IMG/VR virus record: IMGVR_UViG_3300018939_000022
Coordinates: 1-53,703 of that record
Source: a virus
Taxonomy: Duplodnaviria; Caudoviricetes
DNA: 53,703 bases
Strand: one strand, 5' to 3'
The position numbers were made by a program, and so were the translations under genes. The notes below the pieces were generated by a model. That model was not told where the DNA came from and did not search any database. It saw nothing but the letters and a program-made list of their open reading frames with translations. Of this stretch, positions 28,205 through 37,313 are shown piece by piece; position 1 is the first letter of the stretch; each line of letters begins with the position of its first letter.

Positions 28205-29130
28205 CACCCGGCCCCCCTCGTTGACTTCCAACCGTCGAATTCGACGTCGGCCGTCTCCCGCCGCGCCGCGTTCTGAAACCTGACGGCGTTCAACTCGTTC
28301 GCCGCCCTGATAGCCACGCCCCGCAGATAGACGACGCCCGCGACGCCGACCGCGCCGACGACGGCGAAGGCCGCAATCAGCCACTTGGCGAGCGTGACGA
28401 CCGCATTGAAGACCTCGGGGTTGTCGCGCAGGAACAGGAAGGCGGCGGCGACCGAGGCCAGGGACAGCCCGCCCGTGGCCCCGGCGACTGACTTGACGAT
28501 GGCCGGCACGGAGACGGGCAGCGGGGGGATGGCCGGGATGGTCTTCTCAACCTGATCGCCAAGCGACTCGCCGGCGCGTCGCCCGATCTCTTGAATTTCG
28601 CGGTCTGCGCCCCACGGGGCGGGGGCGGGCGAATCGATGTAGGCCGATCCGACCGGCGGCGCGTCCGCGATAGACTTCGCAACGGCGCGAACCCCCGTGA
28701 CCGCAGCGGGCTTCGCCGGTATCAGCCCGTCCAGCTTCCACGGCGCGGCGTAGTCGTACAGCGACGGATCGGAGTTGACCGAGACGTGGAGGTGTTGCTT
28801 GTGGGCGTTCTTACCCGTGTACTTTTTCCAAGCCTGCGGGTTGCCCTTCTGGGTGATCCGCCCGTCGAAGATCAGGTACTTAATCCGCGTGTCTTTGGAG
28901 GCTTGCAGGGCGGCAGCGAGCTTGTGGCAGTCAACGCCCTTGGCCGGGTCGTGTGTGATGTCCATCGCCGTGACCACCCCCGCAGGGTTGGGGTTGTGAT
29001 CGCTCGCGCTGGCCTGGTGCCGGAGATCGCCCACCGTGCCGTCGCTCGCCTTGCTCCGGTTAGGGAAGGCGTCGTTGATCTGCTTCCGCAGTGTTTCGAG
29101 CGACTTAGCGAGCTGCCATTGTTTTGCCAT
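28204..29130 (-). CDS. Endolysin, M15/LAS-type zinc peptidase with C-terminal membrane helices
   Basis: SDHNP...AMDIT...HKQHLHVS zinc motif; two hydrophobic helices near the C-terminus. Confidence 0.8.
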   Translation of the reverse strand: MAKQWQLAKSLETLRKQINDAFPNRSKASDGTVGDLRHQASASDHNPNPAGVVTAMDITHDPAKGVDCHKLAAALQASKDTRIKYLIFDGRITQKGNPQAWKKYTGKNAHKQHLHVSVNSDPSLYDYAAPWKLDGLIPAKPAAVTGVRAVAKSIADAPPVGSAYIDSPAPAPWGADREIQEIGRRAGESLGDQVEKTIPAIPPLPVSVPAIVKSVAGATGGLSLASVAAAFLFLRDNPEVFNAVVTLAKWLIAAFAVVGAVGVAGVVYLRGVAIRAANELNAVRFQNAARRETADVEFDGWKSTRGAG

Positions 29131-29135
29131 TACAA

Positions 29136-29327
29136 CTACCTCCCCTTCCTCGACTTCGGGGCTTCCCTCTCCCGCGCCCTCTCTTCAACGAGTTCCAGCC
29201 GCTCCCTCTCGCGCGCCGTCTCACGCAGGACGTTTTCGAGTGCCGCTATGTGCTTCATGGCCTGCGCGTCTATCTCGTCGAGCACGATGCGGAGGCGGTT
29301 GCAGTTCTCGGACAGGTCTTGGCTCAT
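29136..29327 (-). CDS. Hypothetical coiled-coil protein
   Basis: GAGG RBS, 63 aa. Confidence 0.5.
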   Translation of the reverse strand: MSQDLSENCNRLRIVLDEIDAQAMKHIAALENVLRETARERERLELVEERAREREAPKSRKGR

Positions 29328-29374
29328 GCTTCGCCTCGCCGGTCTTCGGGATGGGGGTCGCGGGGCATAGGTGC

Positions 29375-29438
29375 AAAAGAAAAACTCGCCGCAGGAGGCA
29401 GCGAGCGCGAAGGCAGGGCTGCCAGACTGACGGCGAGT
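29375..29438 (-). terminator. Terminator-like hairpin upstream of the lysis genes
   Basis: ACTCGCCG/CGGCGAGT outer stem, GGCAGC/GCTGCC inner stem, U-tract on the minus strand. Confidence 0.55.
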
Positions 29439-29659
29439 GGGGTCGTTAGACCGGGACTCTTTTAGTTTTTAGAAGCGGGACGTTTCATCCTCATAGCTCG
29501 GATAGGCACGCCCCGCGAAAGCCTTAGTCGGCGCGGCTAACCTCCGCGCCCCGGTTTTAGGTGTGTGGCTCAGGTCGCTCAGCTGCCGCCCAGCATCCCT
29601 AGCCCGCTAGTGCTCTGACGGCCCCCGCCCTCAATGACCACAACCTAAACTCAAAAATC

Positions 29660-29917
29660 TTATCTCGCGTCTTCGGGTCGAAACCCGTAACGCTCCTGAA
29701 ACTCCCGCGCCCTCTTCTCTAAGGTCGCCCGCTGGCTCATCACCGTGCGGTACTGCCGAAGCGCGAAAGCCCTCTCATCATCGCTAATGATAACAGATTT
29801 CCCGCCCGCCGCACCCTTTTCTTCGGCGGATTTGTCTATCAGCCTGTTGCACGCCCGGCAGTAGTCGCCCACGGGCGGGTCGGGGGGCCGACAGGTGCAA
29901 GTAGGCACGGCGGTCAT
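29660..29917 (-). CDS. Hypothetical protein
   Basis: 85 aa, Cys motifs. Confidence 0.5.
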   Translation of the reverse strand: MTAVPTCTCRPPDPPVGDYCRACNRLIDKSAEEKGAAGGKSVIISDDERAFALRQYRTVMSQRATLEKRAREFQERYGFRPEDAR

Positions 29918-29921
29918 CCGG

Positions 29922-30167
29922 TTAGCGCACCTTCCCCTCGGTGGCCGCGTAGTACACCTCCACCCGCACGCACCTGTTCCCGCGCCTTTTCAGCCACCGC
30001 CAACGCTTCTCCCGCGTGTCGGTACTCTCCGGGTAGTCGTAGCCGGGGTTTTTGCAGAAGTCGCCAATGGCCCAATCGCGGCCGGGCCTGATGGTGAACG
30101 TCAGCAACTCGCCGTCGCCGTTCACGATGCCCCAAGCGCCCTCCCGCCTGCTCTGTCCGTTCGTCAT
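29922..30167 (-). CDS. Hypothetical protein
   Basis: AAGGAGG RBS. Confidence 0.6.
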   Translation of the reverse strand: MTNGQSRREGAWGIVNGDGELLTFTIRPGRDWAIGDFCKNPGYDYPESTDTREKRWRWLKRRGNRCVRVEVYYAATEGKVR

Positions 30168-30285
30168 TTCGTTTGCCTCCTTCCGGCCTTTCCATCAAGT
30201 CTCAAAAAGTGTCGGCCCTTCCCCTCCCCTCGCGCGCCACGCGCTGCCCGTGCGAAGTGTCGGGATGGGCGCATAAACAAAGCAT

Positions 30286-30819
30286 CTATCCGCGCCCCTT
30301 TTCAGGCGCAGGCAGCTCAAGGACTCGCTGCCATTGGGCGCGATCCATTTCCATACCGTACTCATTGCGCCGGAACGCCTCTTGAATGTCGCGCTGGATA
30401 AGGAACTGCGTGTCGGGGGTTATCCGCTGCCAGTTGGCGATGAGGTAGTCAACACAACTATTCACGGCGTAGGTGGCGCGCCCCAAGCAATAACGAAACC
30501 CGTAGAAGATCATCCCCTCTGTGTTTTGGTCGAACGCATCCGCGCCGCCCCTGATACGATCTATGTGTTCCTCCGTGGACAGCCCGCCCGTAAAGTTAGG
30601 GTCGCAGCCGACGAACTTTTCCAGATCGCCCTCGCGGTATTCGGGCAGCACTTGGAAGTGCGCGACGGTGATCGAGTCGTCCAAATCTCCGCCGTAATGC
30701 TGCTCCCCTTCCGGGTCGTCAAGGCTGCAACTGCCGACGACCGAGCGGCCGATGATTTCAAGCGCGATCCGCAACCTTTCGGCGGTCTCGGCCTGTAGTT
30801 GTATGTTGCCTCGGATCAT
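30286..30819 (-). CDS. Hypothetical phage protein
   Basis: GGGAG RBS; C-terminal FRYCLGRATY domain familiar from phage hypothetical proteins. Confidence 0.6.
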   Translation of the reverse strand: MIRGNIQLQAETAERLRIALEIIGRSVVGSCSLDDPEGEQHYGGDLDDSITVAHFQVLPEYREGDLEKFVGCDPNFTGGLSTEEHIDRIRGGADAFDQNTEGMIFYGFRYCLGRATYAVNSCVDYLIANWQRITPDTQFLIQRDIQEAFRRNEYGMEMDRAQWQRVLELPAPEKGRG

Positions 30820-30908
30820 CTTCGTTCTCCCTGAAATCCAACTTATTTCGCCCCCCTCCTCGGCCCGGTGCGGGGCGCGGCCGAACGGGCGGGCGTAGGG
30901 GGTGGGCG

Positions 30909-31535
30909 TCACGCTAAACCCTCAAGCGTCAGCGGCTCGGAGCTGAAGCGGCCGTTCTGCACGACCGTCATCGCGCCGCGCAGGCTCGCGTGGTTGGCAT
31001 AGTGGTTCGGCACGTTCTCGAATATCTCCCGCCACGAAGCGAGCGGGCGCGTTTGCCGGTACGCCGTTACGCGCTCGAAGCACTCCTGCGCCGGGCCGAC
31101 GCCCTTCGTGCAGGGCACACCGCCCACGCCGCCCGGCTCGCGCGCGTCTAAAACCTTGTGCATCGCTCTGGCGTAGTGGCCGTCGAACTGCGGCGTCCCG
31201 CGCCCGTCTGCGGCCCCCGGCTCCACAAGCACGGTGACTTGATCGCCCACCACCGACAGCAGGCCGACGCCGACCCTCTGGCAGCGCGCGACGCCTGCGG
31301 CCCTCGGCTTTGTGCCCACGGCGGCGTAGCGCAGCCGGGTGAACAGGTCGCAGCGGTAGGCTTGGCGAATAACCGCCCCGCTCAGCGTGCGCTTCATTTC
31401 GACGGCCAGCAGTTCAGTACCCTTGCGCCCGACCAAATCAATCGTGTAGCCGACGCAGGAGACTTCGGCGTATGGAGTGAAGCCTAAGTCCCTCATCCAC
31501 TCCGACACCGGCCCGGATAAATCACGCTCAAGCAT
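30909..31535 (-). CDS. PD-(D/E)XK nuclease-like protein
   Basis: E...IDLVG...AVEMK...QA motif spacing. Confidence 0.65.
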   Translation of the reverse strand: MLERDLSGPVSEWMRDLGFTPYAEVSCVGYTIDLVGRKGTELLAVEMKRTLSGAVIRQAYRCDLFTRLRYAAVGTKPRAAGVARCQRVGVGLLSVVGDQVTVLVEPGAADGRGTPQFDGHYARAMHKVLDAREPGGVGGVPCTKGVGPAQECFERVTAYRQTRPLASWREIFENVPNHYANHASLRGAMTVVQNGRFSSEPLTLEGLA

Positions 31536-31661
31536 AATCAAACGGTGGTGCGCGAATACGCGCGCAGTAACGACCCTAGAACGCCCCACCTTCTCTCACT
31601 AAAACTTTCTACCAATTCCCACCCCCAACCGGGGCCGTGCCCCCGGCCCTCTCCAAACTCG

Positions 31662-32504
31662 TCACGACGGCGCAGTGGTAGGGTGTTGCCACACTAAGTC
31701 TTTCAAGGCGGACTCAAGTAACAGCCGATCCCCTCCCCTGTTGACGAACTCCCTCAAGTCCTTCGTCGGCGGCACGTAAACGCAGTTCGTGGCGGGCAGC
31801 GCCTTTCGCAACTTCTCCGCCCCGCGGACGCCCGCCACCACGCCGCGGCTGTCCGGCCGGTCGTTGTCCGTGATGATGACGACCCTCCGCGACTTCTGCC
31901 GCCTGACGTAGCGGGCCACCATCTCGTCGCAGGCGGAGCAGGACGGCCGCCCTATCACGTCCAGCCCGATGGTCAGCGCCGCCGCCGCGTCCGTCGGCCC
32001 CTCGACGACCCACAAGACGCCCCGCGGTGCCGAGTCGGGGACGAACAGGCCGTTTCGCGATCCCCTGACCGCCCACTTGCGGCCCCGCTCGTCCCTGAGC
32101 CTGATCCCGATGATCCGCCCGGCTTCGTCCTTCATCGGGAAGGCCCACTCCCGGCCCGTCCACGCGCAGCCGACGGATCGCAGCGAGTCGGTGCGGACGC
32201 CGAGGGACATGGCGAACCCGTCCAGGTGGTAGATGTCCGTCGCGTCAAACCAGCCTTTCCACAGCCGGCCGAAATCCTGCGGCGGCCGTTCGGCCGGCGC
32301 CGCGCGCCGCTCGGGGGCGGCGGTCGGCTCTCCCGTCCGGTGCAGCCAACCGCCGAGGGCGTTCCTGCTCGGCCGGTCGCTCTCCACCCTCATGCACAGG
32401 GCCAGTCCGACCTCCGGGGCGTAGGTGCAGAAGTCGGGCTTGCCGCAGACGCGGCAGCGATCACGCTTCGTCACCCTCACCCAACGGTATCTTGTTGCCG
32501 CCAT
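31662..32504 (-). CDS. DNA primase (zinc-binding plus TOPRIM)
   Basis: CRVCGKPDFC, VVEGPTD, ITDND, KDLRE. Confidence 0.9.
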   Translation of the reverse strand: MAATRYRWVRVTKRDRCRVCGKPDFCTYAPEVGLALCMRVESDRPSRNALGGWLHRTGEPTAAPERRAAPAERPPQDFGRLWKGWFDATDIYHLDGFAMSLGVRTDSLRSVGCAWTGREWAFPMKDEAGRIIGIRLRDERGRKWAVRGSRNGLFVPDSAPRGVLWVVEGPTDAAAALTIGLDVIGRPSCSACDEMVARYVRRQKSRRVVIITDNDRPDSRGVVAGVRGAEKLRKALPATNCVYVPPTKDLREFVNRGGDRLLLESALKDLVWQHPTTAPS

Positions 32505-32510
32505 CGCTCT

Positions 32511-34154
32511 TCAGTGGGCCGCGTCGGGCCGCCGCCAGTTGTTCTTCGCCAGGGCGTCGATCAGCCTGCTCGCCTCGGCCATCGCCAAGTCCTTCGTCTC
32601 GTAGCCGTGCTTCCGCAACAGGTTCGCCTGCTTGATCGTGCAGAGTTTCTTATCCCACCGCCGGCAAAGCTCGGCTATCAACTGGACGCCCTGCGGGTAC
32701 GGGACTCTCGACGGGTCGATCCCCTGCTTCCTCAGTAGCGCCGCCTGCTTCTCGGTGTACTGCCGCCCGGCGTCCCACCCCCTGACCCTGGCCGGCTCGA
32801 GCTGGAAGGCGTCGAACGGGTTGATCTCGCGGGCCGAGAACTGCGCGCGCCCGATGACGTGCGCCCTCCTCGCCGCCTCCCTGAGCCTCCGCTCCTCCGC
32901 CTCGGCCCGCAGCCGCTGCTCCTCGGCGTTCAGGGCTTCGACGACATCGACGGGCCGCCCCTCGGAAGCCGCTTTGAAGAGGACGCGCTGCACGGCCTGC
33001 TCCGACACCTTCCCGCCGAGTATGTCGGCCGCGGTCATCAGCTTGTGCCGGCCGGCGTTGCCGACGAAGTCGATCACGAGGCAGGACGGCTTGCCGCTTT
33101 GCGCTATCGCCCCACGCCGCTCCGCCTCCGTCGGGAGTCCGTCAACGACGCCGGGGAGGGGCCGGGTGCTGCGGCCGACCATCTGGCTGTACAGGCACCG
33201 GGACTTCGTCGGCCGCGCCATGACCACCACCTCGACGCCGGGGTTGTCGTAGCCCTCGGTCGCCACCCCGACGTTGACGAGAATCTGCGTCGCGCCCTCG
33301 CCGAACTTCCTGAAGGTCTCGTGCCGCTGATCCTTCGGCGTCTTGCCGCACACCCAATCGGCCGCCCCCGGCCGGTGCCGGTTGAATATCTCGGCGTAGC
33401 GTTCGGCCTGCTTGACCGTGACGGCGAAGACGAGTGTGCGCCGCCCGCCGATGATGTCGAGCGTGGCCGAGACGATGCCGTGCAGGTTCTTCTCGGCCTC
33501 CATCACGGCCGCCAGATCGGCCCCGTTCAGATCGCCGGCCGTCGTGCGAATCCCCGAGAAGTCCAGCCCCTCGATTGTCACGAGCTGCTGCCCGACGGGG
33601 ACGAGCCAACCCGCCTCGATGGCGTCGAGGATTTCGTAGTCGAACGCCACGGACTCGAACACCTGGCCGAGCGCCTGCTCGTCGGCCCTGTCCGGCGTCG
33701 CCGTGACGCCCAGGATTTTCAGATCGGAGTTTTTCCGGTAGTAGTCGATGACCCGGCGGTAGCTCGGCGAGGTGGCGTGGTGCGCCTCGTCGATGACGAG
33801 CAGGTTGAAGTCGAACGGGTCGAAGCGCCTCATCCTGCCCCGGCCCGCGATCTGCGTCTGGATGGTCGAGACCACGACGGGCGACGCGCCCCACCAGTGG
33901 TTCTCCGCCGAGAGTTCGGCCATCTCCACGCTCGCGTCCAGGCCGAAGCCCTCCACGCGCTTGACCGCCTGCCAGATCAGCTCCTCCCGGTGGGCCAGCA
34001 CCAGGGCGCGGCACGGCTGCATCCGGCGGATGACCTCGGAAAAAATTTGCGTCTTGCCCGTGCCCGTCGCGGCCACGACGAGCGTGGAAGAGTGCTCCTC
34101 CCACTCCTTCAGCACGGACGAGACGGCCCGCTCCTGGTAGTCGCGCAGCCTCAT
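32511..34154 (-). CDS. SF2 DEAH-box helicase
   Basis: LRDYQ, ATGTGKT, IDEAHH, TATPDR, TEGYD, QMVGRSTR; ATGA overlap at 34151-34154. Confidence 0.95.
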   Translation of the reverse strand: MRLRDYQERAVSSVLKEWEEHSSTLVVAATGTGKTQIFSEVIRRMQPCRALVLAHREELIWQAVKRVEGFGLDASVEMAELSAENHWWGASPVVVSTIQTQIAGRGRMRRFDPFDFNLLVIDEAHHATSPSYRRVIDYYRKNSDLKILGVTATPDRADEQALGQVFESVAFDYEILDAIEAGWLVPVGQQLVTIEGLDFSGIRTTAGDLNGADLAAVMEAEKNLHGIVSATLDIIGGRRTLVFAVTVKQAERYAEIFNRHRPGAADWVCGKTPKDQRHETFRKFGEGATQILVNVGVATEGYDNPGVEVVVMARPTKSRCLYSQMVGRSTRPLPGVVDGLPTEAERRGAIAQSGKPSCLVIDFVGNAGRHKLMTAADILGGKVSEQAVQRVLFKAASEGRPVDVVEALNAEEQRLRAEAEERRLREAARRAHVIGRAQFSAREINPFDAFQLEPARVRGWDAGRQYTEKQAALLRKQGIDPSRVPYPQGVQLIAELCRRWDKKLCTIKQANLLRKHGYETKDLAMAEASRLIDALAKNNWRRPDAAH

Positions 34155-35014
34155 TTGGCACCCCGCAGCTTCTTGATTTCGGCCGGCACGAACGAGCGCC
34201 ACGCGAACTCGGAGATGAACCCCCTCCCTTTGCACAGCGAGCACTTTTTGCGGGCGTGGCCCTGGCAGGAGGTGCAGACCGCGTAAGGCGCGACGCACTT
34301 CAGGGAGGTGTAGGCGTTGTCGAGATCGGCGGCCGTCGTGTTGGTGACTTCGGCGAAGATCGCGTCGCCCTCGGCGAGCGCGTTCTTGAGTTCGGAGCGC
34401 GCCGCCGAGACGTGCGAGAGGAGGGTCTTGGCGGCCTCGGCGGCGCGATCCCACTCGAACAGGATCGCTTCCGGTATGGGGTAGCCGGTCTTATCCAGCC
34501 GCTCCGCCGGGCGTTCGGCTTTAGCCTTCGCCGCCCGCGCGACTTCTGTGACCGTCTTCTCGCCCCGCTCGATTGCGTCGATGTCTTCCGGAGGGGCGTC
34601 GCGCAGAACTTCTTTCGCGCGCTTCACGGTACGTTCGCCGACGCCCAACTCCTCCGCAGCTTGGGCGGTAGTCGTACCCCCGGCGAGGCCGCTCCGCCTG
34701 TCGCCCCCACGTTTGAGGTTGGCGATCTTAGCGGCGATCATCGCGCGCTGACTTTCGGTCAAGTGCCTCCGGCGGACGTTGGCGGAGATGATGAAGGCCA
34801 GCGGGTCGCCGTTCCCGTTGAAGTCCTTGAAGCGCGGCTCCACCCCGGCGATCTGGCAAGCCCTGTATCGGTTGCGCCCGTCGAGAACCTTCCCGTCGAG
34901 CAAGGTTATGGGCGCACGTAGCCCGTTCTGCTTAATGTCCGCCGCCAACTCGGCCAGATCGGTTTCGGGCATCATCGGGAGAATCTGGCTCAACGGATGC
35001 TCTCTGTATTTCAC
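34151..35014 (-). CDS. ParB/Srx N-terminal domain protein
   Basis: HPLSQILP...DIKQNGLRAPI...LDGRNRYRAC...NVRRRHLTESQRA, plus an HTH. Confidence 0.88.
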   Translation of the reverse strand: MKYREHPLSQILPMMPETDLAELAADIKQNGLRAPITLLDGKVLDGRNRYRACQIAGVEPRFKDFNGNGDPLAFIISANVRRRHLTESQRAMIAAKIANLKRGGDRRSGLAGGTTTAQAAEELGVGERTVKRAKEVLRDAPPEDIDAIERGEKTVTEVARAAKAKAERPAERLDKTGYPIPEAILFEWDRAAEAAKTLLSHVSAARSELKNALAEGDAIFAEVTNTTAADLDNAYTSLKCVAPYAVCTSCQGHARKKCSLCKGRGFISEFAWRSFVPAEIKKLRGAK

Positions 35015-35183
35015 GGCCTCACCTCTCAACGATTAGTGCTGACTAGCGATTGCGAGCCGAGCGGTAGGTAAACCTACCCCGTGTAGGCTCACCCACCAGG
35101 TCTGACTGAGCGACCGCTCGCCTCGCTGGCAGTGCCGGTTCTCTCGCACGGAGGAGCGGGGCGCTACGAACCCCGCCGGGCCG

Positions 35184-35209
35184 TTCAAAGGGCCACGTGG
35201 CCCTTTGAA
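35184..35209. repeat. 26-bp perfect palindrome TTCAAAGGGCCACGTGGCCCTTTGAA
   Basis: Read directly; lies in a 350-nt intergenic region with many other stems. Confidence 0.95.
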
Positions 35210-35381
35210 ATTTTTACGTCCTTCTGCGAGACACAGGGCCGGCGGGTTTGGCCTGGGTTGCGCCCCTGAGCGAACAACGGCGGCTTACGCGATGTTGGCC
35301 TTCACCCCTTCGGCTTCGTGTACGGCAAGTGCTACCCCAAAGGACGGACTCCGGTAATGCCGTAGCGGAGTCGGTTAAACT

Positions 35382-35738
35382 TCACGCCGCCTCTTCTTGC
35401 CGCTTCAAAGCGTTGTAGCGGTCGATCAGCGCGGAGGCGTCCCGCTTGGACAGTTCATGCGATCCCTTGTCGTAAAACTTCTGGCACTCCGTTTCGAGGT
35501 CGAGGCGGAGGTCTGCGGCGAGCCTGCGTAGGTAGCCGAGCTGCGCCGCGGACGCCAAGTCCGTCTTCTGCGGGGCCGGGCCAGCCGCAGGCGGTTGCGA
35601 CGAGTCGCCTCGATCTTCGGACTGCCCGCCGTCGGGCACGCCCTCGGCCTCCGCCAGCAGGCGCGCGAGCGAGTTGGTCGTGTCCTTCGACTGGCCGTGC
35701 AGCCTCCTCAGTTCGGCCACCAGTTGTTTCCCGTTCAT
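35382..35738 (-). CDS. Hypothetical protein
   Basis: ASAAQLGYLRRL...LSKRDASALID helical motif common in phage proteins. Confidence 0.7.
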   Translation of the reverse strand: MNGKQLVAELRRLHGQSKDTTNSLARLLAEAEGVPDGGQSEDRGDSSQPPAAGPAPQKTDLASAAQLGYLRRLAADLRLDLETECQKFYDKGSHELSKRDASALIDRYNALKRQEEAA

Positions 35739-35783
35739 AAGATTTTCACCCTTCGGCCCCCGCCCGCGCCGGAGGCGGCGCGC

Positions 35784-36095
35784 TCACCGCCTGTCCCTGC
35801 GCTCCGTGATGATGATCTTCTTGTCCGCGACGAACATGGCGGGCGGCGAGGACGCGCCCCCGTACAGGCGCTTCGTGATCTTCCGCTCGTAAGCGCCGAC
35901 GTTGTCCGTGTACCGGTCGTCTATGTCCGACTGCCGCAAAGGGCGCTCACACTTATTCGGTCGGCGGAGGCGCGAGAGCGTGACCGTCACGCTACGCAGG
36001 GCGGAGCGCACGGCCGCGAGCCTCGACTTTTCCAGCCCGTCCGCGAACTCGATGCGGGTACGGGGAACGTCTTTCAGCATCTCTTCAAGACTCAT
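35784..36095 (-). CDS. Hypothetical protein
   Basis: 103 aa, in operon orientation. Confidence 0.5.
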   Translation of the reverse strand: MSLEEMLKDVPRTRIEFADGLEKSRLAAVRSALRSVTVTLSRLRRPNKCERPLRQSDIDDRYTDNVGAYERKITKRLYGGASSPPAMFVADKKIIITERRDRR

Positions 36096-36101
36096 CGCTT
36101 C

Positions 36102-36389
36102 TTACCCTTCCACCTTCCGCTCGGCGCGGATGCCTTTCAGACCGTACTCTTTTTTCAGGACGTGGAGGGCCGTGTCGTCGTACCTGCCCGACGCCATCTC
36201 GTCGAACACGACCGTCAGCGAAAGCCCGCCGCCGAGTTCTTCGGGGAAGCCAACCGCCCTGACGTTGCGGACGCCGCAGTACGCACCGATCTCGCGCTCT
36301 AAAACCGCCCCGGCGAACTCCGCCTCGTCCAGCCCCGGCCCCTTCAGTCGAATCCTCTCAGTCGGCATCTGCTCTGCCCTCCGTCTCAT
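36102..36389 (-). CDS. Hypothetical protein
   Basis: 95 aa, in operon orientation. Confidence 0.5.
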   Translation of the reverse strand: MRRRAEQMPTERIRLKGPGLDEAEFAGAVLEREIGAYCGVRNVRAVGFPEELGGGLSLTVVFDEMASGRYDDTALHVLKKEYGLKGIRAERKVEG

Positions 36390-36728
36390 GTTGTCGCCGG
36401 GGGAGGCCGCGAACCCTCCCGTTATGTCCCGACCTCCCCCGGCCCCGTCAGCGCGCCCCCCGTGCCTTCGCGTTTAGCAGGGGCGCGCGACCCCGGAAAC
36501 TTTCGCGCCGGCCCTCTCCGTGTCTTGGCGTGTAGGAGGCGGGCCGGGGGGTGAAAATCCATGTCATTCAAGTCAATGCTGCAAAGAACGCGGGCAACGT
36601 CACGCACGAATCCCCGCTCTAGCCGCGCCGCAAACTTGAACCAAGCGTTCACCGATCCAACGCGCACACGGTACGGCGACCGCGAGATAGTCAAATACCG
36701 TATGCTCGGATGTGGTAAAATGCTTCGT

Positions 36729-37313
36729 ATGACAACCTTTGATTTCAGCGACTTCACTGATGAAGCCTTCGCCGCCTACCTCGCGGGCTTCACCGACGGT
36801 GAGGGCTACATCGGCATTGAGCCGACCACGCGGAAAGGCGTCAGCGTCGTCCGCATCATCCTCGCCAACTGCGTCCCCGAAGTCCTGCGGGGCATTCAGG
36901 CGCGGCTTGGATACGGAGCCATCAGAAGTCAACAGTTCAAGCCTCACTGGCGTGAGCGATTCACCCTTTCCGTCACGAATATGCGCGACTGCGAATCCTT
37001 CCTCAGAACGACTCTTCCCTATCTGCACATCCTGCACATCAAACACGGCGTCGCCCTTGACGCCCTCAAGCGGATTGAAGAGGCGCGGACTAAACAAGCG
37101 GCGAAAGCCAAACGAAACGACGCGATAAGAGCCGCAGCCCAAAGCGGCGAGCGGCGCAAAGACATAGCCGTTAGATTTAATCTCAGCCCTCAAGCCATCT
37201 CCCGAATCTGTGAAGGGCATAGGTGGCCCTCTGAACAGTCCCGCGTCGCCAAACTGCGGAAGCGGGATGAGCGCGGTTTGTTCGCCCCGATTAAGCATTC
37301 CCCGTCACCTTGA
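36729..37313 (+). CDS. LAGLIDADG homing endonuclease (free-standing)
   Basis: YLAGFTDGEGYI motif, C-terminal HTH; antisense to the surrounding operon. Confidence 0.88.
   Translation: MTTFDFSDFTDEAFAAYLAGFTDGEGYIGIEPTTRKGVSVVRIILANCVPEVLRGIQARLGYGAIRSQQFKPHWRERFTLSVTNMRDCESFLRTTLPYLHILHIKHGVALDALKRIEEARTKQAAKAKRNDAIRAAAQSGERRKDIAVRFNLSPQAISRICEGHRWPSEQSRVAKLRKRDERGLFAPIKHSPSP

Noticed and set aside
32859-34286. 475-aa plus-strand ORF and similar long antisense ORFs (for example 19915-21159)
   Set aside because: GC-rich shadow frames opposite well-supported genes
35040-35375. Retron msr-msd or group I intron interpretation of the structured region
   Set aside because: No reverse transcriptase is nearby, no intron core motifs were recognised, and the flanking genes appear complete
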